A stretch of 27,325 bases of DNA from a virus (lineage: Duplodnaviria; Caudoviricetes): the IMG/VR virus record IMGVR_UViG_3300020175_000037, positions 1 to 27,325 of that record; one strand, written 5' to 3'. A program made the position numbers and the translations under genes. The first letter of the stretch is position 1. Each line of letters opens with the position of its first letter. The notes under the pieces were generated by a model that saw nothing but the letters and a program-made list of their open reading frames with translations, did not search any database and was not told where the DNA came from. This document shows positions 9,764 through 19,454 of this stretch, in pieces.

Positions 9764-12700
9764 ATGGATGATAAATCTTTATATAAAAAACTAAGAGGAC
9801 TATCTACTGATAGGGCATATACAGATAGTGTCATTAAAAATAATGGCGCAGTAATTGTAAGTGGAGGAACTCCTAGTGATAATGCACTAATTAATTCTGG
9901 TCAAGCGATAGGTCCTGTAACTACTACAAGTAGTGGTGAACGAGTTGCTCAAGTTGGACCAAATACTAAACAAACAGGATTTTTAGATAATAATGGAAAT
10001 ATGACTACTAATATAGAGTTATCATCTCCTGCAGTAGAGCAAAAACCATTAATTAAAGAACCATTAATTGAAGAACTTACATATGAAGCTACAAGTAATA
10101 CGATTCAAGTTAATATTAAATCAACTCCTATTGGAGGAACTGTTATTGTTGATGGAAAAGATACAAAAACATTAACTAATAAACCAATGATTTTTGGTGG
10201 AAAAGAATTACTTACACCTAGAATAATTGAAGTACAAAAAGGTAAGGCAAAATCAACTGATAAGTACAAAATATATACAGTAAAACAAAACATTATAAAA
10301 AATGTTAAACCAATACTTCCACTCGAAGTGTTTGAACCAAGACCAATAGATGAAACATTTAATATTGAAAGAAGGGGATTTGGAACACAAGTTTATTTAG
10401 GATTTCAAAAAAGACAACCATTACCAATTCCACCAAGACCTCTTACAGTTGGTAGAGTTGGGTTCTCATATTATCAATTAAGAGTTGAAAAAAATGGAAA
10501 AGAGATAAATGTTAATAATCAAATTAATGATATAACAGGTACTATAAATAAAGCATTTTCAGTAGATTTAACTTTTAAACTGAAAGATGAAATTGTAATA
10601 GACCCACCAAAACCAAAAGTATATTCAATAGAAATTGAATCTAATATGGTTGATGGTGATATTAAATATATTACATCTTGGGGAGAAGAAGGACTCTTAG
10701 AAGATGAAGGTTTAATAACTTTAAGTAAGAAACCTAATCTTTCCAAAGAACAATGTTATGTTGATTTCAAACCAAATAACATAAGTAATTTAACTCATAC
10801 TGTAAGTTATGATATTCAAGCTCCAACAACTAAATCAATTAATACAATTAAAACTCTTGAAACAAGAGTAGTATTATCACCTGGTAATACTAAAGTAGAA
10901 GTTAATTCAGTTAAGATACCAAAAGAAGAAGTAAATAAACCTATTTTAAATGTTTCAATAGATAATTTAAAAGTTAATATATTATCTGAAGAAGATACAA
11001 AAATTGTTTATAATACACAAAATACAGATGAAGTTGTTTATACATTAGGAAAAACATCTAGAACATTAAAACCAAATGGAACTATCATTTTAAATAAAAA
11101 TGATTTCTATAATGGTGTTGGTAACTATGTAATTTACTTACAACCAAATTCTTCTAAGGCAGGTAGTGGAGATATAAAAAGGATTAATGTAAATGTAGTA
11201 AGTAGAGAATACCTACCTGGTCCAGATATTACTCATATAAACTATCCACAAAACATTGTTGGTGCAGATTTCAAAGGATTCGATGTACCATTTGATGTAA
11301 GTTGGCAATCTATAAACACTAATTTTGTTTACGTTTATGCAGGAAAATATTCCAAGGATACTAGGTCTAATTTCTTAGGACAGTTTGAACCAAATGGTAA
11401 AGCTAAATTCAAAGTATCGGATGTTTTAAAAGCAAGTGGAATAAACATTACAGAAAATTCAGATGTAGTACAATTCTCTTTAAACTTAGTTCCTTTTAAT
11501 ATTGAAGGAAACGAAAGAACAGAAGGTAAAATTGAAGTAATAAATATTACTTTTGATAAAGGAGATTTAACATTAAGAAGAGAAATTGTAATTAATGATA
11601 TTAAAGAAAGTTTTAGAAAACAATTTGATAAAAAAATATTTGAAGATGTTTCTCCTTTCCTTACACATTATTTACACTTAGGTGGTGGTAATAATAAACT
11701 AATTGCAACTTGGGATATTGATAAAAATTCATTATCTACATTTAAGTTTGATGAAGAAACAAACGAAAATAAAAAGGTAGAAGAAGTAAAGGCATTGGTT
11801 TTAAAACTATATGAACCATTACCACAAGATATAAATTTAAATCACAAAACTTGGATATCTAAAATACAATCAATTCCTATAATTGATACAATCACACTTA
11901 TAGATGGTGAAACTGCAGAATGTACACCATTGACACCAAACTTTAACTTGGATGTTGGTGATGATATAGGATATCAAATTCTTGATGATTTAATAGCAAG
12001 TGGTTCAACAACTTCAACAGATGTTGTTAATCAATTTATTTCTTCAAGTGATTTTGATTTATCTAAACTTGATATATTATATGTAACAAGTTCTACAACA
12101 GTAGTAGAAACAGATAATGGTAAAGTAAAACAAGATACAGGAGCACATGATTACAATTGGGCAGGATTTGTAAAATATTCTTCTGCAGAAGAAAGAAGTG
12201 CAAACTTTTTATATAAAGTTCAATTGATAGAATCTTATGAAAATAAAATTCTTAGTTTAGATTCTGGTTCAGCAACAACAAGTTCTGTTGCAATTCAAAA
12301 CGAAAGAGAAAAAACAGTAACTAAAATAAATGATGTTAAAAAAGGATTTGATTCATTTGAGAAGTTCTTATATACGAGTTCATCCCTTAATGATTTAACT
12401 TATCCTGGTGCGGGTCAAACTACATTATCTGCATCAAGTGATACAACAGTAACAGATTGGTATAGTGGTTTACAATCATCTGCAAGAACTTATGATTATG
12501 ATAATAAATCAAGATTTGTAAATAACTTACCACAACATATACAAGATGATTTCAAAGGAGAAGAGTTTACATTATTCTTTGATATGGTTGGACAACACTT
12601 TGATAATATATGGGCTCATATAGAAGGTATTTCTAAATCTAAGAAAACTGAAAACAAATATGATGTAGGTATTGTAAATGATTTAGTTTATCATATGTTA

Positions 12701-15022
12701 GAATCTCTTGGTTGGGATGCTGATATGGGAGTTAAATCTCAACTTCTTTGGGAATATGCATTTGGTAAACATTCAGATGGTACAGTTGTATCTAACATGA
12801 GTGGTAAAGATAGGCAATCTGAAATATGGAGAAGAATACTAAATAACTTACCATATCTTAATAAACATAAAGGTACAAAAAGAGCACTTCATGCGGCTAT
12901 GAGTATATATGGTATTCCACAATCACTTTTAACTGTGATGGAGTTTGGAGGACCAAAAGACCCAAGTAAAGAAGGAACTACTAAGTTCTCATTTGAAGAT
13001 AGAACCGCGGCTATTAGTTTAGTTAGTGGAAGTTTCATTTCTATTCCTTGGAAAAAATATAATAGTAGTTTCTCTAATGAGTATCCTAACTCAGTTGAAC
13101 TTACATTAAATACAGACCAAAAACAAGACCAACAAATAATATCTGCAAGTAACTGGTCAGTAGATATTATAAACACGAGTACAGGTTCACTAGGACAAAT
13201 AAAACTTACAGTAGGAGCAGAATCTGCATCTACAAATCCAATGCCTATATTCAATGATGAATATACTCAGATAGTTATAAATAGAGCTAGTGGAAGTACT
13301 TCTGATACCTTTGAAATTTTTGCAAAAGAAGCGGTTCAAGGAAGAATAAGAAATCAAGTAAGTGCTTCATTAACAACAACAACTAAAGCGTGGACAAGTG
13401 GTAGTGAATTCCATGTAGGACAAACACTAACAGGTTCGGTTGATGAAATTAGATTATGGAGAACTGCATTAGATGAAAACAAAATTGATAATCATACTTT
13501 ATTACCTGATGCAATAGATGGTAATCATATATCTGCTTCAACTACTGATTTAATATTTAGAAATGATTTTGAATATCCAAAAAATAGAGGAACTGATGTA
13601 GAGATTAAAAACGTTGCACTAACAACTTCATATGCAACCTTTTCGACTGCATCAAACTTTGAAAACATATCAGATTATCCATATAATTATATACCATATG
13701 ATAGAGATGTAACTGCTGATGTACCTGCAAGTGGATTCAATGTTGGTAATAAAATTAGATTTGAAACTCAAACAATAATATCAGATTTAACTTACAAAAG
13801 TAGAGCAACTAAAAAATCATTTGATAATGCACCGATTGATTCAAATAGGTTAGGATTATTTTTCTCACCAATCAAAGAAATCAACATGGATATATTAAAA
13901 TCACTTGGTGGATTCGATATAGGAAATTATATTGGTAATCCTGCCGATGATTTTTCTCCTGAGTATGGTGAATTAAAAACACTAAGAAACTATTACTTTG
14001 ATAGATATTCGTTAAATATAAATGAGTATATTCAATTAGTTAGATACATAGATAAATCATTATTTGATGTATTAGAATCATTAACACCAGCGAGAGCTAA
14101 AGTATCTAGTGGTTTATTAATAGAACCTCATATTCTTGAAAGAAGTAAGATTGAACAAAAACCAACTGTTGCAAGTAAACACAATTATGAATCTAAAATA
14201 AATACTCAAGAAGATATTACAATTAACTTTTCTAATAAAGGAATTGAGGGTATTGTATCTTCCTCTGCAGATATTAGCTTAGCAGGTACAAAGGATAATT
14301 ATGTAACAATAGTAACTGCATCTGATAATCATATTTTAAGTGGAGATAGAACTGATTATCTAGCAATAATTACTCAATCTGATAATGTTGTAACAACAGG
14401 AGAAATTACAACAAACTCTGGTTCTAACATGGGAGGTATAAGTATTACTGTTGATGCATCGTTTACAGGTTCAGCACAAGGTGAGTTTGATTCAACTGCA
14501 TATCAACAAATAGGAATGGGACCAGAATCATTAACACAAGCTGGTTTTGGATTGTATGGTGTGAATGGTACTGCGGTAAGAACAAGATTAGATAAAAACA
14601 ATAATTTTGTAAAAGAAAGAGTTAAGGTATATTTATTAAAAGAACAGTTTACTCAAGATGTACCAGAAAATATTGATGCAAACGATTCATCATTAGGTAC
14701 ACAATTGGTTTCAACAACAAAACACAGATTTAAAGTAAATATTTTACCATTTACTGGTTCTGATGGAAATGAAACAAGTTCATCTGTTGCAGGTGATATT
14801 GTAGAGGTTACTGCACTAAACGGTTATTTCCCAACACATTATAGTAACGTTGGTGATTTAACAAGTGGAATGGAGAATTCGTTCTTCAATGGTTCAAAAC
14901 AAACAAGTGCTACTACTTTAGATGGCGGTTCACCTGTTCAAACGTTTACTACTAATCCAAATACATTAAGAGTTTCGGATGCAGGTAGAGGAAGCGGAGA
15001 ACCAATTTTAGAAGTAGATTAA
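9764..15022 (+). CDS. Large multidomain baseplate wedge protein (gp7/P2 gpI-like core with PEGA-like and LamG-like domains)
   Basis: 1752 aa. PEGA-like VNIKSTPIGGTVIVDG near 10106, wedge-like NNLPQHI...FFDMVGQHFD...LGW...NLPYLNKHKGTKRAL at about 12520-12910, and LamG-like GSVDEIRLWRTAL near 13430. Confidence 0.7.
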   Translation: MDDKSLYKKLRGLSTDRAYTDSVIKNNGAVIVSGGTPSDNALINSGQAIGPVTTTSSGERVAQVGPNTKQTGFLDNNGNMTTNIELSSPAVEQKPLIKEPLIEELTYEATSNTIQVNIKSTPIGGTVIVDGKDTKTLTNKPMIFGGKELLTPRIIEVQKGKAKSTDKYKIYTVKQNIIKNVKPILPLEVFEPRPIDETFNIERRGFGTQVYLGFQKRQPLPIPPRPLTVGRVGFSYYQLRVEKNGKEINVNNQINDITGTINKAFSVDLTFKLKDEIVIDPPKPKVYSIEIESNMVDGDIKYITSWGEEGLLEDEGLITLSKKPNLSKEQCYVDFKPNNISNLTHTVSYDIQAPTTKSINTIKTLETRVVLSPGNTKVEVNSVKIPKEEVNKPILNVSIDNLKVNILSEEDTKIVYNTQNTDEVVYTLGKTSRTLKPNGTIILNKNDFYNGVGNYVIYLQPNSSKAGSGDIKRINVNVVSREYLPGPDITHINYPQNIVGADFKGFDVPFDVSWQSINTNFVYVYAGKYSKDTRSNFLGQFEPNGKAKFKVSDVLKASGINITENSDVVQFSLNLVPFNIEGNERTEGKIEVINITFDKGDLTLRREIVINDIKESFRKQFDKKIFEDVSPFLTHYLHLGGGNNKLIATWDIDKNSLSTFKFDEETNENKKVEEVKALVLKLYEPLPQDINLNHKTWISKIQSIPIIDTITLIDGETAECTPLTPNFNLDVGDDIGYQILDDLIASGSTTSTDVVNQFISSSDFDLSKLDILYVTSSTTVVETDNGKVKQDTGAHDYNWAGFVKYSSAEERSANFLYKVQLIESYENKILSLDSGSATTSSVAIQNEREKTVTKINDVKKGFDSFEKFLYTSSSLNDLTYPGAGQTTLSASSDTTVTDWYSGLQSSARTYDYDNKSRFVNNLPQHIQDDFKGEEFTLFFDMVGQHFDNIWAHIEGISKSKKTENKYDVGIVNDLVYHMLESLGWDADMGVKSQLLWEYAFGKHSDGTVVSNMSGKDRQSEIWRRILNNLPYLNKHKGTKRALHAAMSIYGIPQSLLTVMEFGGPKDPSKEGTTKFSFEDRTAAISLVSGSFISIPWKKYNSSFSNEYPNSVELTLNTDQKQDQQIISASNWSVDIINTSTGSLGQIKLTVGAESASTNPMPIFNDEYTQIVINRASGSTSDTFEIFAKEAVQGRIRNQVSASLTTTTKAWTSGSEFHVGQTLTGSVDEIRLWRTALDENKIDNHTLLPDAIDGNHISASTTDLIFRNDFEYPKNRGTDVEIKNVALTTSYATFSTASNFENISDYPYNYIPYDRDVTADVPASGFNVGNKIRFETQTIISDLTYKSRATKKSFDNAPIDSNRLGLFFSPIKEINMDILKSLGGFDIGNYIGNPADDFSPEYGELKTLRNYYFDRYSLNINEYIQLVRYIDKSLFDVLESLTPARAKVSSGLLIEPHILERSKIEQKPTVASKHNYESKINTQEDITINFSNKGIEGIVSSSADISLAGTKDNYVTIVTASDNHILSGDRTDYLAIITQSDNVVTTGEITTNSGSNMGGISITVDASFTGSAQGEFDSTAYQQIGMGPESLTQAGFGLYGVNGTAVRTRLDKNNNFVKERVKVYLLKEQFTQDVPENIDANDSSLGTQLVSTTKHRFKVNILPFTGSDGNETSSSVAGDIVEVTALNGYFPTHYSNVGDLTSGMENSFFNGSKQTSATTLDGGSPVQTFTTNPNTLRVSDAGRGSGEPILEVD

Positions 15023-15060
15023 GAAAAAACATTATAATTATTTAATTTTATAAAATACTT

Positions 15061-15070
15061 ATATTTATAT
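15061..15070 (+). promoter_or_regulatory. ATATTTATAT putative phage late promoter motif
   Basis: Exact copy, 26 nt before ATG 15097. Confidence 0.75.
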
Positions 15071-15096
15071 ATTGAATAACAACAAGGAAAGAAACT

Positions 15097-15726
15097 ATGG
15101 CTTATTTAAATAACACAGAAATTACAGTAGATGCTATCTTGACCAAAAAGGGTAGAGAGAAGTTAGCATCTGGTGAAGGTTTAAATATCTCAAAATTCGC
15201 ATTAGGTGATGATGAGGTAGATTACACACTTTACGAACCAGCACATCCAAAGGGAAGTGCGTTTTATGATGCGGCAATTAAAGCAATTCCAATTACGGAA
15301 GCATCTCCAGATGAAACACAAGTATTAAAATATAAATTGGTAACATTACCAAAAGGAACAACAAAAATTCCAAAAGTAGAATTTGGTATTCCATCTATCT
15401 CTGTTAATCAGAACTCAGGTCAAGTTCAACTTTCCCCTACTACTTCACCAAGTGGTAATACACAGAGTGGATATACTGTTATTCTTTCTAACAAAAACGC
15501 AGGTTCTATTGTTGGAAGTGGATTATCGGCTGGAGCAAGTTCAACTCCATCATTCTTGGGTGATGAGATAACTGCAACTGCTGCAATTGAAACTGGATTA
15601 GAATTTACATTTATTCCAAATCCAAATATAACTGCAACGATTCAAACAACTATTACAGTATATGGTAACGAGACCGGTGGTTCACAAACCGTTCCTGTGA
15701 CTGTTACTTATGTACAACCAAGTTAA
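15097..15726 (+). CDS. Putative baseplate wedge / tail-fibre attachment protein
   Basis: N-terminal AILTKKGREKLASG..LNISKFALGD resembles the start of tail-collar/fibre attachment (DUF3751-like) domains. C-terminal domain is beta-rich. Confidence 0.6.
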   Translation: MAYLNNTEITVDAILTKKGREKLASGEGLNISKFALGDDEVDYTLYEPAHPKGSAFYDAAIKAIPITEASPDETQVLKYKLVTLPKGTTKIPKVEFGIPSISVNQNSGQVQLSPTTSPSGNTQSGYTVILSNKNAGSIVGSGLSAGASSTPSFLGDEITATAAIETGLEFTFIPNPNITATIQTTITVYGNETGGSQTVPVTVTYVQPS

Positions 15727-15744
15727 TAAAAAGGAAAAAAGAAA

Positions 15745-16947
15745 ATGGCAAATATAACAGGACAAGCAGGAGTAAACTTAACATCAGAGTTAGCATCTTA
15801 CTTAGATGCGAACCAAGGTAACCTAACTTCTGAACAATTATCACAGATAATAAATCAGTATTTAACTGGTGGTGATAAACTAGGTGCATCTGGTGGACAG
15901 ATATCTACTGGTATTTACAAAAGATTTGGTGAGTTTGACCAAGTGACTGGTAAAGTAGAAGTAGTTACAACTGGTTTGTGGAGTGGTGATACAGGAAGTT
16001 TAACTACATTCTTTACATCATCTGCTCAATCAGCTGCAAGTAAAAACTATTACTATGATGTATATCAAACTGCAGACTTATCCTCAGTACAATTTGCGTT
16101 AGCATATGGACACAAATTTGGTAGTGGTTCAATATCATTAGATAATGATGATACATCAACATTAGCAACTAAAGCAACTTATGCTCAATATAAAAACTTA
16201 CTTCTTGACCAAGGAGATGATAAATTCTTATTTGCATCTTCATCAGGAGCAACATTTGCTTCAGATGATGTTTACATTATAAATTTATCTCGTGCAAGAT
16301 ATAAAGAAAAAATGGATGCTGGAAACTGGTCATTAAAGATTAGTGGTTCAAAATCAGAAGCAGTATTGATTGATGATAGTGGAAAGAAATTCTCAGATAC
16401 AGTTGGAAAAGCTGGTAGAGTATTTGATGTAGTAAGTGGTTCATTAAACTTAGGAACAGAAGCAGAAGCAACAATTGGTGGAAGATATGATGCAAATGGT
16501 AGAGGATTTGGTAAATTCTATCCTGACCAAGGTATTATAGTTCTTAACCCCCCTGCATTATCTGAACAATATGGCTTAACAACAACCGGTGGTGATTTAA
16601 GTGGTTCGGATTCAATTACAGTTGAAGGACAAAATCACAAACACTTGTGGAATGGTATTGCAGGTGGAGGAGATTTTCAAGCAAGAAGAACAGAGAATGT
16701 TTCTACATCTCATTACTTCGTAAGAGCAACAAACAGAGAATTTAACTTCTCTAACAATCCAACTTACACGACTGGTTCAGATGGTTCATTTGCAGAATCA
16801 ACTTTTGAAAGAGACCCTAAATCATTTATAACAACAATTGGATTATTTAGTGATTCAAATGAAATGATTGCGGTGGCTAAAACATCACAACCAATCCCTA
16901 AATCATTTGATAAAGAAGTATTAATCAAAGTAAAACTTGATTTTTAA
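15745..16947 (+). CDS. Putative baseplate/virion structural protein (paralog of 17034-18203)
   Basis: C-terminal EFNFSNNP...FITTIGLFSDSNEMIAVAKTSQPIPK...IKVKLDF is shared with the next gene. Followed by a terminator. Confidence 0.7.
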   Translation: MANITGQAGVNLTSELASYLDANQGNLTSEQLSQIINQYLTGGDKLGASGGQISTGIYKRFGEFDQVTGKVEVVTTGLWSGDTGSLTTFFTSSAQSAASKNYYYDVYQTADLSSVQFALAYGHKFGSGSISLDNDDTSTLATKATYAQYKNLLLDQGDDKFLFASSSGATFASDDVYIINLSRARYKEKMDAGNWSLKISGSKSEAVLIDDSGKKFSDTVGKAGRVFDVVSGSLNLGTEAEATIGGRYDANGRGFGKFYPDQGIIVLNPPALSEQYGLTTTGGDLSGSDSITVEGQNHKHLWNGIAGGGDFQARRTENVSTSHYFVRATNREFNFSNNPTYTTGSDGSFAESTFERDPKSFITTIGLFSDSNEMIAVAKTSQPIPKSFDKEVLIKVKLDF

Positions 16948-16975
16948 ACCGTAGGCACGCATTTCAAACATAAAC

Positions 16976-17001
16976 AAACCCCATCGTGAATGGGGTTTTT
17001 T
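16976..17001 (+). terminator. Rho-independent terminator
   Basis: Stem AAACCCCAT (16976-16984) pairs with ATGGGGTTT (16990-16998) around loop CGTGA, followed by a T tract. Confidence 0.88.
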
Positions 17002-17009
17002 ATTTCCAT

Positions 17010-17019
17010 ATATTTATAT
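17010..17019 (+). promoter_or_regulatory. ATATTTATAT putative phage late promoter motif
   Basis: Exact copy directly after the terminator, 14 nt before ATG 17034. Confidence 0.75.
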
Positions 17020-17033
17020 AGAGGAATTATACT

Positions 17034-18203
17034 ATGTTAAAAACAATTCAAAAATCAAACATATCTAGAAGAAGCTTTAAAGTATTTAAAGATTTCTCAA
17101 TCACTAATGGAAATGATGCAGAAGATATAAATATAATATCAGCTTCTCTAGCAGCCGCTTTATTTGATTCTGGTTCTTCTTCATTTATATCAGCATCAAA
17201 TCAACCAAAATTATTTACTGAACCTCTTTATGATTCAATAAAAAGTAAATATTATATTAACGATGGTAATCCACTAACTCTTTTTGGAAAGGTATCAAAT
17301 ATAGGTAATATAAAAAGTGAAAGAACTATTGGTAATACAATTTTCATAATAAAAATTCCACAAGCAAAATATGGTGAAGAAATTAAACCTGGTTCTGTAA
17401 CAGTAGTTGATAATACAAACAGTACAACATATTCAGATAGTGGAGATGGAGGTATGCGTTCGGGTAATTCAACTTATACTCTTTTATCTATAAACTTTAA
17501 TTCAGGTGATGTACAATTACAAGATAGAGATTTACAAATATTTAATGGAACAATAACCAATTTCAATGCAGAAACTGGTTTAGCTAGTATGACATTTCAA
17601 GGGCAAACTAGTACAGTTACTATTGTAAAAATAGATTTACCAAACTCAACCCTTGAAACATCAGTTAAATTAGATACTCTTTTTCCTGGCGTAGATATAG
17701 ATGAAGCATTGACTGGAAATATATTTTATTCCGATGGATTAATAGTATTTAGTGGTGTAAGTAATTTTCATGAATATACTTTAACATACAAATCAACAAA
17801 AACAATTTACGAAACTGAAATATTCGTAAATGCAAAAGCAGGTGAATTTAATTATTCACAAAACCCATCAGCAGTAGAAGTTCAAATTAGTGGTTCTTAT
17901 GATTTTGAAACAACTTCTATATTTAACGATGAACCTGCTGGGACTAAAAAAATTACAATAATAGAAGATATCAAACGAAAGCCTGCAATATCAGGTTCAT
18001 TCAATTCATCAATAAGTGGTTCTTGGGATGATTACGAAGCATCTGCTTCAATAGACCCAACAGGTTCTTATTTAGCTCCATATATAACAACTATTGGGTT
18101 ATATGATAAGAGTGGAGAGATGGTTGCAGTTGCAAAATTACCTAAACCAATAAAGAATTTACCTGATTACGATGTAAACTTTATTATTCGTTTAGATACT
18201 TAA
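17034..18203 (+). CDS. Putative baseplate/virion structural protein (paralog of 15745-16947)
   Basis: C-terminal EFNYSQNP...YITTIGLYDKSGEMVAVAKLPKPIK...IIRLDT. Also GNIFYSDGLIVF versus GKFYPDQGIIVL in the paralog. Confidence 0.7.
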   Translation: MLKTIQKSNISRRSFKVFKDFSITNGNDAEDINIISASLAAALFDSGSSSFISASNQPKLFTEPLYDSIKSKYYINDGNPLTLFGKVSNIGNIKSERTIGNTIFIIKIPQAKYGEEIKPGSVTVVDNTNSTTYSDSGDGGMRSGNSTYTLLSINFNSGDVQLQDRDLQIFNGTITNFNAETGLASMTFQGQTSTVTIVKIDLPNSTLETSVKLDTLFPGVDIDEALTGNIFYSDGLIVFSGVSNFHEYTLTYKSTKTIYETEIFVNAKAGEFNYSQNPSAVEVQISGSYDFETTSIFNDEPAGTKKITIIEDIKRKPAISGSFNSSISGSWDDYEASASIDPTGSYLAPYITTIGLYDKSGEMVAVAKLPKPIKNLPDYDVNFIIRLDT

Positions 18204-18206
18204 TCT

Positions 18207-18216
18207 ATATTTATAT
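18207..18216 (+). promoter_or_regulatory. ATATTTATAT putative phage late promoter motif
   Basis: Exact copy, 21 nt before ATG 18238. Confidence 0.75.
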
Positions 18217-18237
18217 AATACAAAGGAGATAGAAACT

Positions 18238-18420
18238 ATGGCATCAATACTTGACAAATACAAACAATCAGAATTTGCAAAACTTGCAGATAACAATAAG
18301 GATAAGACTCCTATTTCTGCAGATAATCAGAATAAACTACACAAAGATAATAAAGCTCTTGCAAATGCGAGAGGAGGAAAGTTAAATCAGACAAAATATT
18401 CTGATAACGTAACTTATTAA
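18238..18420 (+). CDS. Small hydrophilic hypothetical protein (60 aa)
   Basis: Has its own upstream motif and an AAAGGAG ribosome-binding-like site. K/N/D-rich. Confidence 0.75.
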   Translation: MASILDKYKQSEFAKLADNNKDKTPISADNQNKLHKDNKALANARGGKLNQTKYSDNVTY

Positions 18421-18429
18421 TTTTTCAAT

Positions 18430-19005
18430 TTGAGTTTATTAATCAATCGTACTCATAAATGGGTATATATTCACATACCAAAAACAGGAGGTTCATCCAT
18501 TTCTCATATACTTAATACAGTAGAGGGAACTGAATCAATATCAACCCATGGTTCTATACTAGAAGTAAAAGATAATATTTCTGATTATTTTAAATTCACA
18601 ATAGTAAGAAATCCATATACAAGATTTCTATCAGAATATTTTCATCAAAAAAGAAATAAGTTGACAAATCAAAATTTTGAATACTACATTAGAAAAGTAG
18701 ATACAAAAGATTTACACTTAATCCCGCAAAGTTACTATGTAAACACGGAGTTGGATAAAACAAAAGAATTAACTTACATTGGAAAGTATGAAAACTTTGT
18801 TGATGAAGTTAATTTATTATTTAATAAAATAAATATTAATAAATCTATCCCACATCGAAATAGAAATCCAATATATGATAAGCATCCAAATTTAAAACAA
18901 GAAGATTATTATAAATCTTTTTATACTGAAACATGGATGAAAGATTGGATTAGAGAGAGATACAGAGATGATTTCAAGATTTTTAACTATGAGTTGGACA
19001 TATAA
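18430..19005 (+). CDS. Sulfotransferase family 2 protein (PAPS-dependent, carbohydrate sulfotransferase-like)
   Basis: 5'-PSB loop YIHIPKTGGSSI, 3'-PB motif TIVRNPYTRFLSEY, HLIPQ, YIGKYEN and C-terminal Y..DF..FNY. TTG start. Confidence 0.88.
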   Translation: MSLLINRTHKWVYIHIPKTGGSSISHILNTVEGTESISTHGSILEVKDNISDYFKFTIVRNPYTRFLSEYFHQKRNKLTNQNFEYYIRKVDTKDLHLIPQSYYVNTELDKTKELTYIGKYENFVDEVNLLFNKININKSIPHRNRNPIYDKHPNLKQEDYYKSFYTETWMKDWIRERYRDDFKIFNYELDI

Positions 19006-19441
19006 CGGAAGAAGTATAACAGAAATATCAGATATGCCAGAAGGTACTATCGGATTCATATACAAAATAACCAATGGTGAAACTGGTCAATATTATATTG
19101 GGAAAAAATCCCTATATTCACATAGAACATTACCACCATTAAAGGGTTATAAAAGAAAAAGAAAAGTAATCAAAGAATCTAAGTGGGTAGATTATCGTTC
19201 ATCAAACCCATCAGTACAATTATGGTTTCATTCAAACGAAATGGCCTTAGAACAAGAACCAAGAGGAGAAATAAACGATACATTAGAACTAAAAATACTT
19301 AGATTCTGTAAAACTAAGAAGGCTTTAACCTATTATGAACTACAAGAACAGTTCGCACACGATGTATTAGGAGATGATTTATCCCTAAATGATAATTTAT
19401 TAGGAAAGTTTTTTAGAAAAGACTTGGAAATTACGAAATAA
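18989..19441 (+). CDS. GIY-YIG family nuclease-like protein
   Basis: GFIYKITN...YYIGKK, ESKWVDYRSS, YYE and terminal NDN. Start reassigned from 18968 to the second ATG (MSWTYNG) to minimise overlap. Confidence 0.78.
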   Translation: MSWTYNGRSITEISDMPEGTIGFIYKITNGETGQYYIGKKSLYSHRTLPPLKGYKRKRKVIKESKWVDYRSSNPSVQLWFHSNEMALEQEPRGEINDTLELKILRFCKTKKALTYYELQEQFAHDVLGDDLSLNDNLLGKFFRKDLEITK

Positions 19442-19454
19442 TTTCGTATATTTG
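19424..19454 (+). promoter_or_regulatory. Bacteroidota-type housekeeping sigma promoter (-33 TTG, -7 TAnnTTTG)
   Basis: TTG at 19424-19426, a 20-nt spacer, then TATATTTG at 19447-19454, 19 nt upstream of the primase ATG. Confidence 0.72.
19432..19448. repeat. Perfect inverted repeat TACGAAAT-A-ATTTCGTA, candidate operator
   Basis: 8-bp arms around a 1-nt centre, lying in the promoter spacer and overlapping the -7 element. Confidence 0.7.

Noticed and set aside
15045-15056. Palindrome ATTTTATAAAAT upstream of the 15061 motif
   Set aside because: Pure A/T 12-mer in a very AT-rich gap with no counterpart at most other motif copies, so probably chance.
790-18203. Bacterial contractile injection system or tailocin locus rather than phage
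   Set aside because: The directly linked primase, Mre11-Rad50 and GIY-YIG genes, the dedicated promoter motif and the absence of host genes favour a phage genome.
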